Under the pieces are notes generated by a model, which was given only the letters and a program-made list of their open reading frames with translations, was not told where the DNA came from and ran no database searches. A stretch of 64,000 bases of DNA from assembly GCA_963743515.1 (NCBI GenBank), contig CAVUQN010000004.1, forward strand, positions 768,569 through 832,568, in the 5' to 3' direction. Position 1 is the stretch's first letter; each line of letters starts with the position of its first letter. The translations under genes and the position numbers were made by a program. This document shows, piece after piece, positions 9,646 through 19,478 of the stretch. Source of the DNA: an uncultured Actinomycetota bacterium (GTDB taxonomy: Bacteria > Actinomycetota > Actinomycetes > Streptomycetales > Streptomycetaceae).

Positions 9646-10611
9646 TCAGCGCGCCTCTTCCTGTGCCAGGGCGAAGGCCCAGGCGTCGGCGACGATGCTG
9701 TCGAGGTCGGTGCGGCTCGGCCGCCAGCCGAGGGCGGTGCGGGCGCGCTCGGCGGAGGCGACCAGCACGGCGGGGTCGCCGGGTCGCCGCTCGGCGGTGA
9801 CGGCAGGGATCTCCCGGCCGGTGACCCGGCGCACGGCGTCGATGATCTGGCGGACGGAGAAGCCGGTACCGTTGCCGAGGTTGCAGATCAGGTGCTCGCC
9901 GGGCCGGGCGGCGGCGACCGCGAGCAGGTGGGCCTCGGCCAGGTCCGCGACGTGGATGTAGTCGCGGATGCAGGTGCCGTCGGGCGTGGGGTAGTCGTCC
10001 CCGTAGACGGAGATGTGCGGACGCTTCCCGAGGGCGGCCTGCAGCACCAGCGGGATCAGGTGCGACTCGGGGTCGTGGCGCTCGCCCTGGACGGCGTAGG
10101 CCCCGGCGACGTTGAAGTAGCGCAGCGAAACCGCCGCGAGCCCGTGGGCCGCCGCCTCGCTGGTGATCATGTGGTCGACCGCGAGCTTGGTCGCGCCGTA
10201 GGGGTTGGTCGGCGCGGTGCGGGCGCTCTCCTCGATCGGAGTGACCTCCGGCTCCCCGTACACGGCGGCGGTGGAGGAGAACACCAGCCGACGGACGTCC
10301 GCCTTGCGCATCGCGGCCAGCAGTTCGAGCGAGCCGGCCACATTGTTGCGCCAGTACTTCTCGGGGTCCGCGACGGACTCGCCGACCTGGGAGCTGGCGG
10401 CGAAGTGCAGGACCCCGTCGAAGGAGCCGTCGAGCACGTCGGCCGCGTCCTGGATCCGCCCCTGCACGAACTCGGCGCCGGCCGGCACCGAGACGCGGTG
10501 GCCGGTGGACAGGTCGTCGAGGACGACAACCTCGTGACCGGCCTCGACGAGGTGCGCACCGACGACCCCACCGACATAGCCGGCGCCACCGGTGACCAGG
10601 TACTTGCTCAT
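9646..10611 (-). CDS. galE: UDP-glucose 4-epimerase
   Basis: [36 protein letters not shown]. Confidence 0.96.
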   Translation of the reverse strand: MSKYLVTGGAGYVGGVVGAHLVEAGHEVVVLDDLSTGHRVSVPAGAEFVQGRIQDAADVLDGSFDGVLHFAASSQVGESVADPEKYWRNNVAGSLELLAAMRKADVRRLVFSSTAAVYGEPEVTPIEESARTAPTNPYGATKLAVDHMITSEAAAHGLAAVSLRYFNVAGAYAVQGERHDPESHLIPLVLQAALGKRPHISVYGDDYPTPDGTCIRDYIHVADLAEAHLLAVAAARPGEHLICNLGNGTGFSVRQIIDAVRRVTGREIPAVTAERRPGDPAVLVASAERARTALGWRPSRTDLDSIVADAWAFALAQEEAR

Positions 10612-11750
10612 GGGGAGACCTCTCGTAGCCGCTGCGCCGCCGTCTCCGGCGACACGTCGTTGATGAACACGTCCATGCCGGATTCGGAGCCCGCCAGGAA
10701 CTTGAGCTTGCCCACGGTACGACGAATGGTGAAGAGCTCCATGTGCAGTGCGAGCTCGCTGCCGCCGCCGGGGGCCGAGCCGACCGGACTCTGGTGCCAG
10801 GCCGCGATGTACGGGGTCCGGTTGCCGGGGGTGTCGAAAAGCAGGTCAAGGCGGCGCAGCAGGTCCAGGTAGACGGTGCAGAACTCGGCGCGCTCGGCGT
10901 CGTTGAGGGCGAGCAGGTCGCCGACGCGGCGGTTGGGGTAGAGGTGGACCTCGTACGGCCAGTGGGCCGCGTGGGGGACGAAAGCGGTCCAGTGCTCCCC
11001 GGCGATGACGACGCGGTCGCTCGGCGTGCCCCGGGTCGCGCGCTCCGCGGCAAGCAGGTCGTCGAAGAGGTTGCGGCCGGTGCGCCGTCGGTGCGCGGCG
11101 GCGGCGGCGAGCATCCGCTCGGTGCGGGGGGTGACGAAGGGGTAGGCGTAGATCTGGCCGTGCGGGTGGCCGAGGGTGACGCCGATCTCCGCACCGCGAT
11201 TCTCAAAACAGAACACCTGCTCAACGCCGGGCAGGGCGGAGAGCTCGGCGGTGCGGTCGGTCCAGGCGTCCAGGACCAGGCCGACCTGCTGGGGCGCCAG
11301 GTCGGCGAAGGACGCGTCGTGGTCCGAGGTGAAGCAGACCACCTCGCAGCGCCCGACCCCCGGCCTGGTCAGCGCGAGGGCGCTGCCGGCGAGCTGCTCG
11401 GACCCGCCGGGCAGGGCGCTCGCGGCGGTCGCGCCGACTGCGGCCATGGTCAGCGAGGGGAAGCGGTTCTCGAAGACGACCACGTCGTAGTCGGCAGCGG
11501 GAATCTCGCTGAGCCGCCCGTCCCGCGAGGGGCAGAGGGGGCACTCGTCCGCCGGGGGGTGGTAGATCCGCCCCTGCCGGTGCGAGGCGATGACCACCCA
11601 CTCGTCGAGCAGCGGGTCGTAACGGATCTCCGAGGCGGTGCTGGTCGCCTCCAGAAGACGCAGGTCGGGGGTGTCCCGCACGACGTCGTCACGTGCGTCG
11701 AAATACATCAACTCGCGTCCGTCGGCCAGACGGGTGCTGGTCTTCTTCAC
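10608..11750 (-). CDS. galT: Galactose-1-phosphate uridylyltransferase
   Basis: CPLCP, FENRFP, FENRG...HPHGQ; overlaps the galE start. Confidence 0.95.
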   Translation of the reverse strand: MKKTSTRLADGRELMYFDARDDVVRDTPDLRLLEATSTASEIRYDPLLDEWVVIASHRQGRIYHPPADECPLCPSRDGRLSEIPAADYDVVVFENRFPSLTMAAVGATAASALPGGSEQLAGSALALTRPGVGRCEVVCFTSDHDASFADLAPQQVGLVLDAWTDRTAELSALPGVEQVFCFENRGAEIGVTLGHPHGQIYAYPFVTPRTERMLAAAAAHRRRTGRNLFDDLLAAERATRGTPSDRVVIAGEHWTAFVPHAAHWPYEVHLYPNRRVGDLLALNDAERAEFCTVYLDLLRRLDLLFDTPGNRTPYIAAWHQSPVGSAPGGGSELALHMELFTIRRTVGKLKFLAGSESGMDVFINDVSPETAAQRLREVSP

Positions 11751-12091
11751 TCGTGGCTCCACCTTCACACCTACTTGAACCGCATGCCAACACATTCAAA
11801 CACAAGTGCTCACTTCTCAACAGATGCGGGCGGCTGCATTCTGTGCGGGGCAGGCGCGAGCAGCCGGTCGGCGGACGGAGCGACCGGCGGCGTGGCGTGC
11901 GACGGGGTGAGGTGAGGTGGCGTGGTGCGGTGTGGGGTGGGAGCGGACCGCCGGAACAGGGATCCGCGAGACGACCGGGCACAGCGTTCGCCGCGAGGTG
12001 CGCAGACGGGGCACACGGCACGCGGCAGGTGCGGCACGCGGGCGGGTGTCTGGGCGTCTGGGCCGGCCGCGCCCGAGGCGGCGGCCCGCCC

Positions 12092-12760
12092 TCACATGTT
12101 GTCGGTCAGCTCCAGCAGCCCCGTGCGGGCGGCGAGCGCGGCGGCTTCAAGGCGGGTGCGGGCGCCGAGCTTCATCAGGACGCGCTGGACGTGGGTTCGG
12201 GCTGTACTGGGGGCGATGGCCATGCCCTCGGCGATGGCCCGGGTGTCCTCGCCCTCGGCGATCCGCTTCAGCACCTGGATCTCACGTCGGGTCAGCAGAC
12301 GCAGCAGCCGGACTGCCTCGTCGTCGGGCTCGGCCACCGGGCGCAGCAGGTGCTCGAACACCTGCTGGAGCAGATCCGGGGCGACGGCGGCCTCGCCGGA
12401 GCGGACCCGGGTGAGGGCGCGTTCGACGACTTCGATCCGCTCGTCCTGGCGGACGTATCCGGCCGCGCCGGCGGCGAAGGCTGCGGCGACGCCGGAGAGG
12501 TGGGTGACATTGCCCATGACCACGACCGAGACCTCGGGTCGCTCGCGGCGGATGCGGCGCACCACGTCGAAGACGGTGGGGTCCTCCGGGTGGGCGACGC
12601 CGAGCAGGCACACTTCGGGCCGGCGGTTCACCACCAGATCGGCGGCGACGCCCACCGGCGTGCCGACGGCCAGCACTCGGTGGCCGCGTAACTGCAGAGC
12701 TGCGGCCAATGCTTCGGCCAGCAACCGGTGGTCGTCCATCACCACGAGACGTACGCCCAC
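12092..12760 (-). CDS. LuxR-type response regulator (atypical receiver)
   Basis: DDHRLLAEAL receiver-like N-terminus; LTRREIQVL...STARTHVQ HTH. Confidence 0.85.
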   Translation of the reverse strand: MGVRLVVMDDHRLLAEALAAALQLRGHRVLAVGTPVGVAADLVVNRRPEVCLLGVAHPEDPTVFDVVRRIRRERPEVSVVVMGNVTHLSGVAAAFAAGAAGYVRQDERIEVVERALTRVRSGEAAVAPDLLQQVFEHLLRPVAEPDDEAVRLLRLLTRREIQVLKRIAEGEDTRAIAEGMAIAPSTARTHVQRVLMKLGARTRLEAAALAARTGLLELTDNM

Positions 12761-12904
12761 GGTGCCCCCTCTCGCCGGGCCGTCTCCGGCCGTAACGCAC
12801 CATCACAACGCATACCGTGCACCGGCCGCCACTGTTCCGCACGGCCGGTCTGAATTACTTGGGGTGGACAGGGGTGGGCCCTGGGATCCTGGAAGGCTGG
12901 GAGC

Positions 12905-13564
12905 ATGCCCCCCATGGACGTTTTCGACTCGCTGGTGTCCGACGTCGCCCGGTTGCTCGACCGCCCCGGGCGACGTCTGCTCGGGCTGTGCGGACCCCCG
13001 GCCGCCGGGAAGTCCACGCTCGCCCGAGCATGTGTGGACGAAATCAACCTACGCCTCGGCACTGACACTGCCGCCTATCTGCCGCTGGACGGCTTCCATC
13101 TGTCCGAAATCCAGTTGGAGCGGCTCGGCCTGACGGACCGCAAGGGATCGCCGCCCAGCTTCGACGTGCACGGGTACGCGGCACTGCTGAACCGGCTGGT
13201 CAGCGAGCCGCTGCCGCAGCACCCGGTCTATCTGCCGGACTACGACCGACTGCTGCACGAGCCGGTCGCGGCGCGGCACGTGGTGGCTCCGGAGGTGCGG
13301 CTGGTGGTGACCGAGGGCAACTACCTGGCCCTGGACGCGCCGGGCTGGCGCGAGGCGGCGGCGCTGCTCGACGAGCTCTGGTACGTCGACGCTCCGGACG
13401 AGCTGCGCGAACAGCGACTGCGGGATCGGCACTTGGGCAACGGCTCCTCGGCGGAGCGGACCCGCAGCCGGATCGAGGGCAACGACCGGCCCAACGGGGA
13501 GCTGATCAAGGCGTCGCGCGGGCGGGCCGGACGGATCGTCGTACCGGCGCTTCCGACCGGCTGA
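12905..13564 (+). CDS. P-loop nucleoside/sugar kinase family protein (FrcK/uridine kinase-like)
   Basis: GPPAAGKST, LDGFH, RKGSPPSFD, EGNYL. Confidence 0.85.
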   Translation: MPPMDVFDSLVSDVARLLDRPGRRLLGLCGPPAAGKSTLARACVDEINLRLGTDTAAYLPLDGFHLSEIQLERLGLTDRKGSPPSFDVHGYAALLNRLVSEPLPQHPVYLPDYDRLLHEPVAARHVVAPEVRLVVTEGNYLALDAPGWREAAALLDELWYVDAPDELREQRLRDRHLGNGSSAERTRSRIEGNDRPNGELIKASRGRAGRIVVPALPTG

Positions 13565-13623
13565 GCCACCCGGGGCCGGGCCCGGGCCGAACCGCCCCGG
13601 TCCGCCACAGGCCGGGAAACGTC

Positions 13624-13656
13624 GCAGGCCCCCCGCCTTGTGGGCGGGGGGCCTGC
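13624..13656. terminator. Hairpin terminator downstream of tRNA-Thr
   Basis: 14-bp perfect stem GCAGGCCCCCCGCC/GGCGGGGGGCCTGC. Confidence 0.75.
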
Positions 13657-13665
13657 GATCTGTTG

Positions 13666-13738
13666 AGCCCCCATGCGGAATCGAACCGCAGACCTTCTCC
13701 TTACCATGGAGACGCTCTACCGACTGAGCTATAGGGGC
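13666..13738 (-). tRNA. tRNA-Thr(GGT)
   Basis: GCCCCTATAGCTCAGTCGGTAGAGCG...TCTCC-ATGGTAA-GGAGA...GGTTCGATTCC; CCA not encoded. Confidence 0.96.
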
Positions 13739-13760
13739 GAACGAGGAAGACAATACCTGG

Positions 13761-15134
13761 TCACCGCCCCGAATACGAAATCGCGTCGGGCGCGGCCCCG
13801 AGCAACCCGTCCTGAGCACTGTTGATCGCCAGCGCGCGCAGGCAGAACAGCGAGGCGCAGCACATCGCGGCGAGGTACCAGGACACGGCAAAGGAGCCGA
13901 AACTCGCGGTCAGCCGGGTCGCCAGCAGCGGCGCGACGGCCCCGCCGACGAGCGAGCCGAGGTTGTAGGTGAGGGAGGCGCCGGAGCAGCGCACGGCGGC
14001 CGGGAAGAGCTCGGGCAGGAAGGCGGGCACGGGTCCGAGCAGCAGGCCGAGCGAGGCCATCGCCCCGACCAGGCCGAGCAGAACCAGCGGGCTGCTGGCG
14101 GTGTCCAGCAGCGGGATCAGCAGCGGCGACCAGACCAGTGCGGCGACGGCGCCCCAACGCATGACGCGTCTGCGTCCGTGGCGGTCGGAGAGCTGGGCGC
14201 CGGTGAAGGATGCGCCGCCGAGCACGACGTTGGCGATGAGCAGCAGGACCAGCATCCGGGTGCTGGGGATGTGGAGGTCGTGGGTGGCGTGGGCCAGGGC
14301 CCAGGTCGTGGCGGTGTAGAAGAACATGGACCCGGTCATCACCGCCCCCGCGCCGAGCAGCAGCGGTCGACTGTGCACGCGCAGCACGGTACCGAGCGGG
14401 CCGGCCTCGGCGGTCTCGGCGGTCGCGGCCCCGGAGGGCGCGGCCACGGCAGCGTTCGCAGCGGCTTCGGCAGCGGCTTCTGCGGCGGCCGTCATCGCCA
14501 GGAAGGCCGGGGACTCCTGCACCCGGATCCGGGCGACGAGACCGAAGGCGACGAGACCGGTCGAGGCGAGGAACGGCAGTCGCCAGCCCCAGGCTGCGAA
14601 GTCGGCCGGGGGAAGCTTCACGGACAGGACCAGGAAGATTCCGGTGGCGAGGGCGAAGCCCAGACAGGGGCCGAGGTGGATGAAGGCTCCGTAGCGGCCG
14701 CGTCGGCCCGGCGGTGCGTGTTCGGTGGCGAAGAGCGAGGCCCCACCGAACTCGCCGCCGAGGCCGACGCCCTGGAGGAAGCGCAGGAAGGTGAGGGTCA
14801 CCGGCGACCAGACCCCCCAGTCCGCGTAGCCGGGAAGCAGCCCGACCGCGGCCGTGGACAGCCCCATGAGCAGCAGCGCGAAGATCAGCACGCGCTTGCG
14901 TCCGAGCCGGTCGCCGAGGCGTCCGAAGAAGGCGGCTCCGGTGGGGCGGCCGAGGAAGCCGACGGCGTAGACGGAGAAGGCGGCGAGGAGTCCGCCGACC
15001 GGGGTGAGGTGGGGGAAGAAGGTGTGGCCGAAGACGAGGGCGGCGGCCGTGCCGTAGATGAAGAAGTCGTAGTACTCGGTGGTGGTGCCGATGACCACGG
15101 CCGAGAGGACACGCACCGGGGAATTTACTGACAT
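13761..15134 (-). CDS. MFS transporter (metabolite:H+ symporter family)
   Basis: EYYDFFIYG, GDRLGRK, RFLQG...GGEFGGA, GWRLPF, PELFP. Confidence 0.9.
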   Translation of the reverse strand: MSVNSPVRVLSAVVIGTTTEYYDFFIYGTAAALVFGHTFFPHLTPVGGLLAAFSVYAVGFLGRPTGAAFFGRLGDRLGRKRVLIFALLLMGLSTAAVGLLPGYADWGVWSPVTLTFLRFLQGVGLGGEFGGASLFATEHAPPGRRGRYGAFIHLGPCLGFALATGIFLVLSVKLPPADFAAWGWRLPFLASTGLVAFGLVARIRVQESPAFLAMTAAAEAAAEAAANAAVAAPSGAATAETAEAGPLGTVLRVHSRPLLLGAGAVMTGSMFFYTATTWALAHATHDLHIPSTRMLVLLLIANVVLGGASFTGAQLSDRHGRRRVMRWGAVAALVWSPLLIPLLDTASSPLVLLGLVGAMASLGLLLGPVPAFLPELFPAAVRCSGASLTYNLGSLVGGAVAPLLATRLTASFGSFAVSWYLAAMCCASLFCLRALAINSAQDGLLGAAPDAISYSGR

Positions 15135-15138
15135 GTCG

Positions 15139-16722
15139 TCATTCTTCCGCCTGTTGGTGGCGCGAGGCGATCGCACGGACGGGTGACTCCACCGCCGACG
15201 CGGGCGCCCCGGAACCACCCGTGCTACCGGTGGTACCAGTCACGATGCGGGCAATGGCGGCGAGGGAGCGGCTGCCCGGGTCGAGGTAGTGGGAGTGCGC
15301 GGAGGCGAAGCCGCCCGTGTCGGGGCCGTCGTCGACGGGGAAACGGCGGGCGCCGAAGCCGGGGGCGACCGGGTTCCGACCGAACCAGGTCTCCCGCCCG
15401 GGATCGGTGAGGTGCAGCGCTGTGGGCAGCACCCCGGGCACGGAGCCGAGCAGCGAGGCCGCCACCCGTCGTCGGGACGGCAGCCGGGCCACCGGATCGT
15501 CCGGGGCCGCGCCGACCCAGACGTGGCCGGGCGGCACCTGCAGGTCGGAGGCGTGCCTCGCGCCCGTACCGGGGCTGCCGACGAGGACGACCTCATCGGC
15601 CCCTGTGGCCTGGGCGGCGGCCCGACCGACGAGGAGCGAGCCGTAGCTGTGGCCGAGCGCGGTGATGTGCGGCGGCGAGCCCTCGTGGGTGGCGCGCAGC
15701 CCGGCGAGGAACCGGTTGTAGCCGGCGACGCCGGCGGTGGCACGGCCGTCCGACAGCGCGTCCTGAGCGGCGAGCGGCGGGTCGTAGCCGAGCCAGACCA
15801 CGGACGCCGCACGCGGGCCCGCCGCCTCACGGACGGCGAGCGCCCGGTCGGCGTCCTTGCCTGCGGCGTCGGCAATGCGGGTGCCCATTCCGGGGACGTA
15901 GACGCTGACGTGGTCGGAGCTGTCGGGGTCGCCGAAGGAGAGCACGGCACGCCCCTGTCCCTCGGCCCCGATGGCAAGCAGCAGCAGCGGACCGCCGGCG
16001 GCCGGGCCACGCTCCAGTCGGCTGCGAACGGCCAGCAGCCCGTCCCGGCGTCCGCTGTCCCCGACATCGTCGACGAGCCGGTTCAGCAGTCGCCGGTTGG
16101 CCAGGTCACGGGCGGCGCAGGGAATCCCGTCGAGACTGCCGACCAGCGCAGGCTGGTCCTGAATCAGCAGCTGCCGTTCGCCGGCGGCCATACCGTCCCA
16201 CCAGTCGCGAACCCGCTCCGGGCTGCTGCCCGCGGGCGGCAGGCTGGCGGCGGCAAGCGCCGTGGCACGGCCGAGCGCGGCCCCCGCCGCGGCAGGGTCC
16301 AGCGCGCTGCCGTCCCGGACCTCCCCCGCGGCCTGCGACAACCGGTCAGCAGTCCGCCGGTCGGCTGCCTGCGCGGCGTCCAGCGCAGCCGCGCAATCAG
16401 CCGCGTCGGCGGCGTCCAGGGCCGCCCGGGCCGCCGTCCTGACCCGCACCAGCTCCTCCGCCGCCAGGCCGAGCAACGTCGCCAGCGAGCGGAGTTCGTC
16501 CCGTGCGGCCTCCAGCCGCAGGCGACGACCGCCGAGGTCCAACGCGGCAAGCAGCGCGACCCGCCCCTCCCAGGTCGCACTGCTGGACCGGCGCGCCCCC
16601 ACCAGCAGCTCGGCCTGCTCACCGAGCCGGTCGGACAGCACCCCGGCCGCCGCCCCGGCCGCAAACAGCTGCTCCACCGGGGCAGCGGCCACCTGACGGA
16701 CCGTGGGCGTCACCGCCCCCAC
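15139..16722 (-). CDS. Alpha/beta hydrolase (DUF1023-like) with WXG helical N-terminus
   Basis: WEG motif in an Ala-rich helical N-terminus; LDGIP, VYVPG, WLGYDPP, GHSYG nucleophile elbow, HSHY. Confidence 0.82.
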   Translation of the reverse strand: MGAVTPTVRQVAAAPVEQLFAAGAAAGVLSDRLGEQAELLVGARRSSSATWEGRVALLAALDLGGRRLRLEAARDELRSLATLLGLAAEELVRVRTAARAALDAADAADCAAALDAAQAADRRTADRLSQAAGEVRDGSALDPAAAGAALGRATALAAASLPPAGSSPERVRDWWDGMAAGERQLLIQDQPALVGSLDGIPCAARDLANRRLLNRLVDDVGDSGRRDGLLAVRSRLERGPAAGGPLLLLAIGAEGQGRAVLSFGDPDSSDHVSVYVPGMGTRIADAAGKDADRALAVREAAGPRAASVVWLGYDPPLAAQDALSDGRATAGVAGYNRFLAGLRATHEGSPPHITALGHSYGSLLVGRAAAQATGADEVVLVGSPGTGARHASDLQVPPGHVWVGAAPDDPVARLPSRRRVAASLLGSVPGVLPTALHLTDPGRETWFGRNPVAPGFGARRFPVDDGPDTGGFASAHSHYLDPGSRSLAAIARIVTGTTGSTGGSGAPASAVESPVRAIASRHQQAEE

Positions 16723-17036
16723 CCCGCCCGTGGCAGCGCGCGGAGCCCGTCCGCCGCCTGTCGCTCGCCCTCGCGGTAGTTGCCGGCGGTCTCCCGCAGC
16801 CGCCGGGCCCGATCCTCGAACTCCGCCGCCAGCGCCGACAGCCGCTCAACCCAGGCGACACGACACCGTTCCAACGCCGCACCGCTCTCCCACCCACCCA
16901 ACGCCTCAACCGCCCCGGCCAGCCCACCAGCGCCGCCGGCCAGCGCGGCGGTGATCCCCGCAGCCGCCTCCCCCAGCACCCGCGCCTCGCCCTCCAACAC
17001 CTCCGGCCGAACAACCAGCCCCTCACCCGTCCCCAT
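16710..17036 (-). CDS. Small WXG100-like type VII secretion target
   Basis: About 108-aa helical protein with central GWESG and C-terminal YREGE (YxxxE); overlaps the hydrolase start. Confidence 0.65.
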   Translation of the reverse strand: MGTGEGLVVRPEVLEGEARVLGEAAAGITAALAGGAGGLAGAVEALGGWESGAALERCRVAWVERLSALAAEFEDRARRLRETAGNYREGERQAADGLRALPRAGWGR

Positions 17037-17504
17037 CGCCACGACGACACCTCCCACTGACATTCCGTCACGACGGAGGCTAGATCGTCACTGTGCGCAG
17101 CCGCGCGGGGATTCCACACCCTTCACCCGAACGAACGACGGGGCCTTCACCCCCTGCAGAACCATCCTGTCTGGCAGCGGTCCAGGCGGAACGACAGGGC
17201 GCCCCGTGCTGCCGCCGGTCCAATGCTTCGGCCTTTCCGGGAACGCCGCCATCCACTGGGGCGGGACAGTCAGCCAGGTCCCGGACGCCACCCAGGCGGA
17301 CAGAATCCGCCAGGCCCGAGGTCTCATGACGCTGGAGGCGGCAGCGTTGGATCGCTCGCCGGATTCCGCATCCACGCGGCCCGCCGCTCGGCCCCGGGTC
17401 CTCATCGGGATAGAACGTCAGGTGGCAATGGAGCTTCCTAGCCATGCGCTGCCTCCCGAAGGCAACCTCCATGGCCAGGTACCGCTACACCGGATCGAAG
17501 ACCC

Positions 17505-17794
17505 GCCGCCGCCCGCCTGGTCACCACCGGCCGTCGCCGCATCCTCTGCTTGGCGCGCCACTGGCTCTGGACCGACACGATCACCACTGCCCTCAGCAGG
17601 CCGCAAGCACTCCCGAACCCTGACTGACCAGCAATAACGACCCATCCCAACGAGCAGCCGAACGCCTCCGGAGCCGTGAAACCCGGCCCACACCCGACGC
17701 GACAGCCAGGACCTCGGCCTACCCACCACTACCCGGACAAGTCGAAACGGCCCGCAGAGCGCACCGACGGAGCGTCACGAAAGATCGACGTTAA
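17505..17794 (+). mobile_element. IS1380-family remnant (transposase C-terminus plus right end)
   Basis: 17505-17627 translates AAARLVTTGRRRILCLARHWLWTDTITTALSRPQALPNPD*, like the C-terminus of streptomycete IS1380 transposases as I recall them; followed by a degenerate end CACGAAAGATCGACG. Confidence 0.7.
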
Positions 17795-18155
17795 TCCGCC
17801 GCTCGCCATCTCCATCGCCTGAGACGCCGAACGTATGGCACTCACGGCCTGGCCCAAATCGCGAGCCAACAGCGCCAATTGCTCGGGCTCGACCTAAAGC
17901 CCCGTAGACATCACTCCCCTAAGCAGGAACGCCAGAGCTGCGCGCACCACTCTCGCGCAAAAGGAACCCAAAGGGAAGGTTTTTGTTCATATGAGCAGCA
18001 CAAGGTTGTCCAAATCGGGAAAATTGGCATCGTTCAAGGCGGCAGCAATAGCGCCATATGCGGTCAGGACAGAGCCTGGCAATCTCTCTCACAGCACCAC
18101 TCTCGCATAACGGCATGCCCAGTCGTCCCCATAGCGTGATCAGGCCTCGCCCAAA

Positions 18156-19439
18156 TCACCCAGGCAGATGGGCGTACGGGTCTTGTGACATGGGATTTGG
18201 CGGAGGAGGCGGGCCCGGACGATTGCGGCGGCGAGTGAGAACGACCACCACGACGACTGCGACGAGAAGGAATGCTCCTACGGCGATAGCGATCAACACC
18301 CAAGACATCGAGCTACTGCTGCCTCTAGCATTCGCCTTCTGCACAGAGGGATCCGGCCCGGCAGACGCCGGAGCGCCAACCTTAGGCACGGCAGACTGCG
18401 TAGCGGCGACGGGAACGAGCGGGTTGACGTCGGCCGGCCCGGGATCGCCCGGAGTCACAAGGGCGATGCGTGGGCGGACTACACCGTTTCCGACGTAGTA
18501 GTTGGGCGTACCAGGCGTGATGTTTGCTTGATTCGCGGTATCGATCATGACGCGGATGATCTGGTCGGCGGTCCACGTGGGGTGAACGGACCAGATCAGC
18601 GCTGCCGATGCAGAGACGATGGCGGTGGAGTCGCTCGTGCCATGGCTCGTACAGTAGCCGGATGGTCCAACGCAGGCTTGGACCATACCGCCCCCGGGAG
18701 CGACCAACGCCACCTGGGGCCCGTGTTCCGACTCGGTGGCAACGTTGGACTGAGGTGTTGTCTCCCCCACGCCGACAACTCCGGGGAAGGCAGCAGGGTA
18801 CTCCAGCGGGTCACCATTTGTCCCATCGTTCCCCACGCCCGCAATGATCAGTTTTCCCTTGGCCAGCGCATAGTCGATAGCACTGTGAACGTTGGATTCA
18901 TCCTCGATCTGAGCCATTGAAATATTGATGATCTGAGCATTGCTATCCGCAGCCACCCGAATTGCCTCGGTCAACTGCTCGGCCAGTGATGTCGAGAAGG
19001 CAAGCTCATTCCCCCCCACTCCGTTGACACGCAACGGAAGAATCTTGACTCCAGGCGCCAGGCCGTACATCCCCTGACCGTTCAACCCCTTTCCCGTGCC
19101 GGCGATGAAACTCGCCATCCCGGTACCATGCCCATCCGTGTCAATGTCAGCACCACCGGGAAGGGGGGAGAAGTTCTGGCCAGGCAGCACCTGTCCGACC
19201 AGGTCGGGGTGGTTGGCATCCACACCACTGTCGATGACCGCAACAGTGATGCCGGCGCCCGTCGACCGAGGCCAGATCACGTCTGGAACGTGCATGGCCG
19301 CGAGCCACCACTCGTTGGCCCGAATGGAGGTAACCGGAGCGGTCGCCGACGCGGGGGCAATAGTGCCCACCACCAAGGCAATCGCAGCCGAGGCCGCAGC
19401 CAGAACGCGCGGCAGCAGCCACCGTACGGACCGTTCCAT
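18156..19439 (-). CDS. Mycosin-like S8 serine protease (type VII secretion associated)
   Basis: Signal peptide, triad VIDSG / GHGTGMA / GTSDS, YPAAFPGV, C-terminal TM followed by RRR. Confidence 0.9.
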   Translation of the reverse strand: MERSVRWLLPRVLAAASAAIALVVGTIAPASATAPVTSIRANEWWLAAMHVPDVIWPRSTGAGITVAVIDSGVDANHPDLVGQVLPGQNFSPLPGGADIDTDGHGTGMASFIAGTGKGLNGQGMYGLAPGVKILPLRVNGVGGNELAFSTSLAEQLTEAIRVAADSNAQIINISMAQIEDESNVHSAIDYALAKGKLIIAGVGNDGTNGDPLEYPAAFPGVVGVGETTPQSNVATESEHGPQVALVAPGGGMVQACVGPSGYCTSHGTSDSTAIVSASAALIWSVHPTWTADQIIRVMIDTANQANITPGTPNYYVGNGVVRPRIALVTPGDPGPADVNPLVPVAATQSAVPKVGAPASAGPDPSVQKANARGSSSSMSWVLIAIAVGAFLLVAVVVVVVLTRRRNRPGPPPPPNPMSQDPYAHLPG

Positions 19440-19478
19440 CTGCTCTCCCGATGTTCGCAGTCTGCCGTCGGCTCGAAA

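Noticed and set aside
11900-11945. G-rich pentamer run (GGTGA/GGTGG) upstream of galT
   Set aside because: Degenerate low-complexity tract with no evidence of function
17800-18150. Short ORFs in the AT-richer spacer downstream of the mycosin
   Set aside because: No codon bias, RBS or recognisable motif
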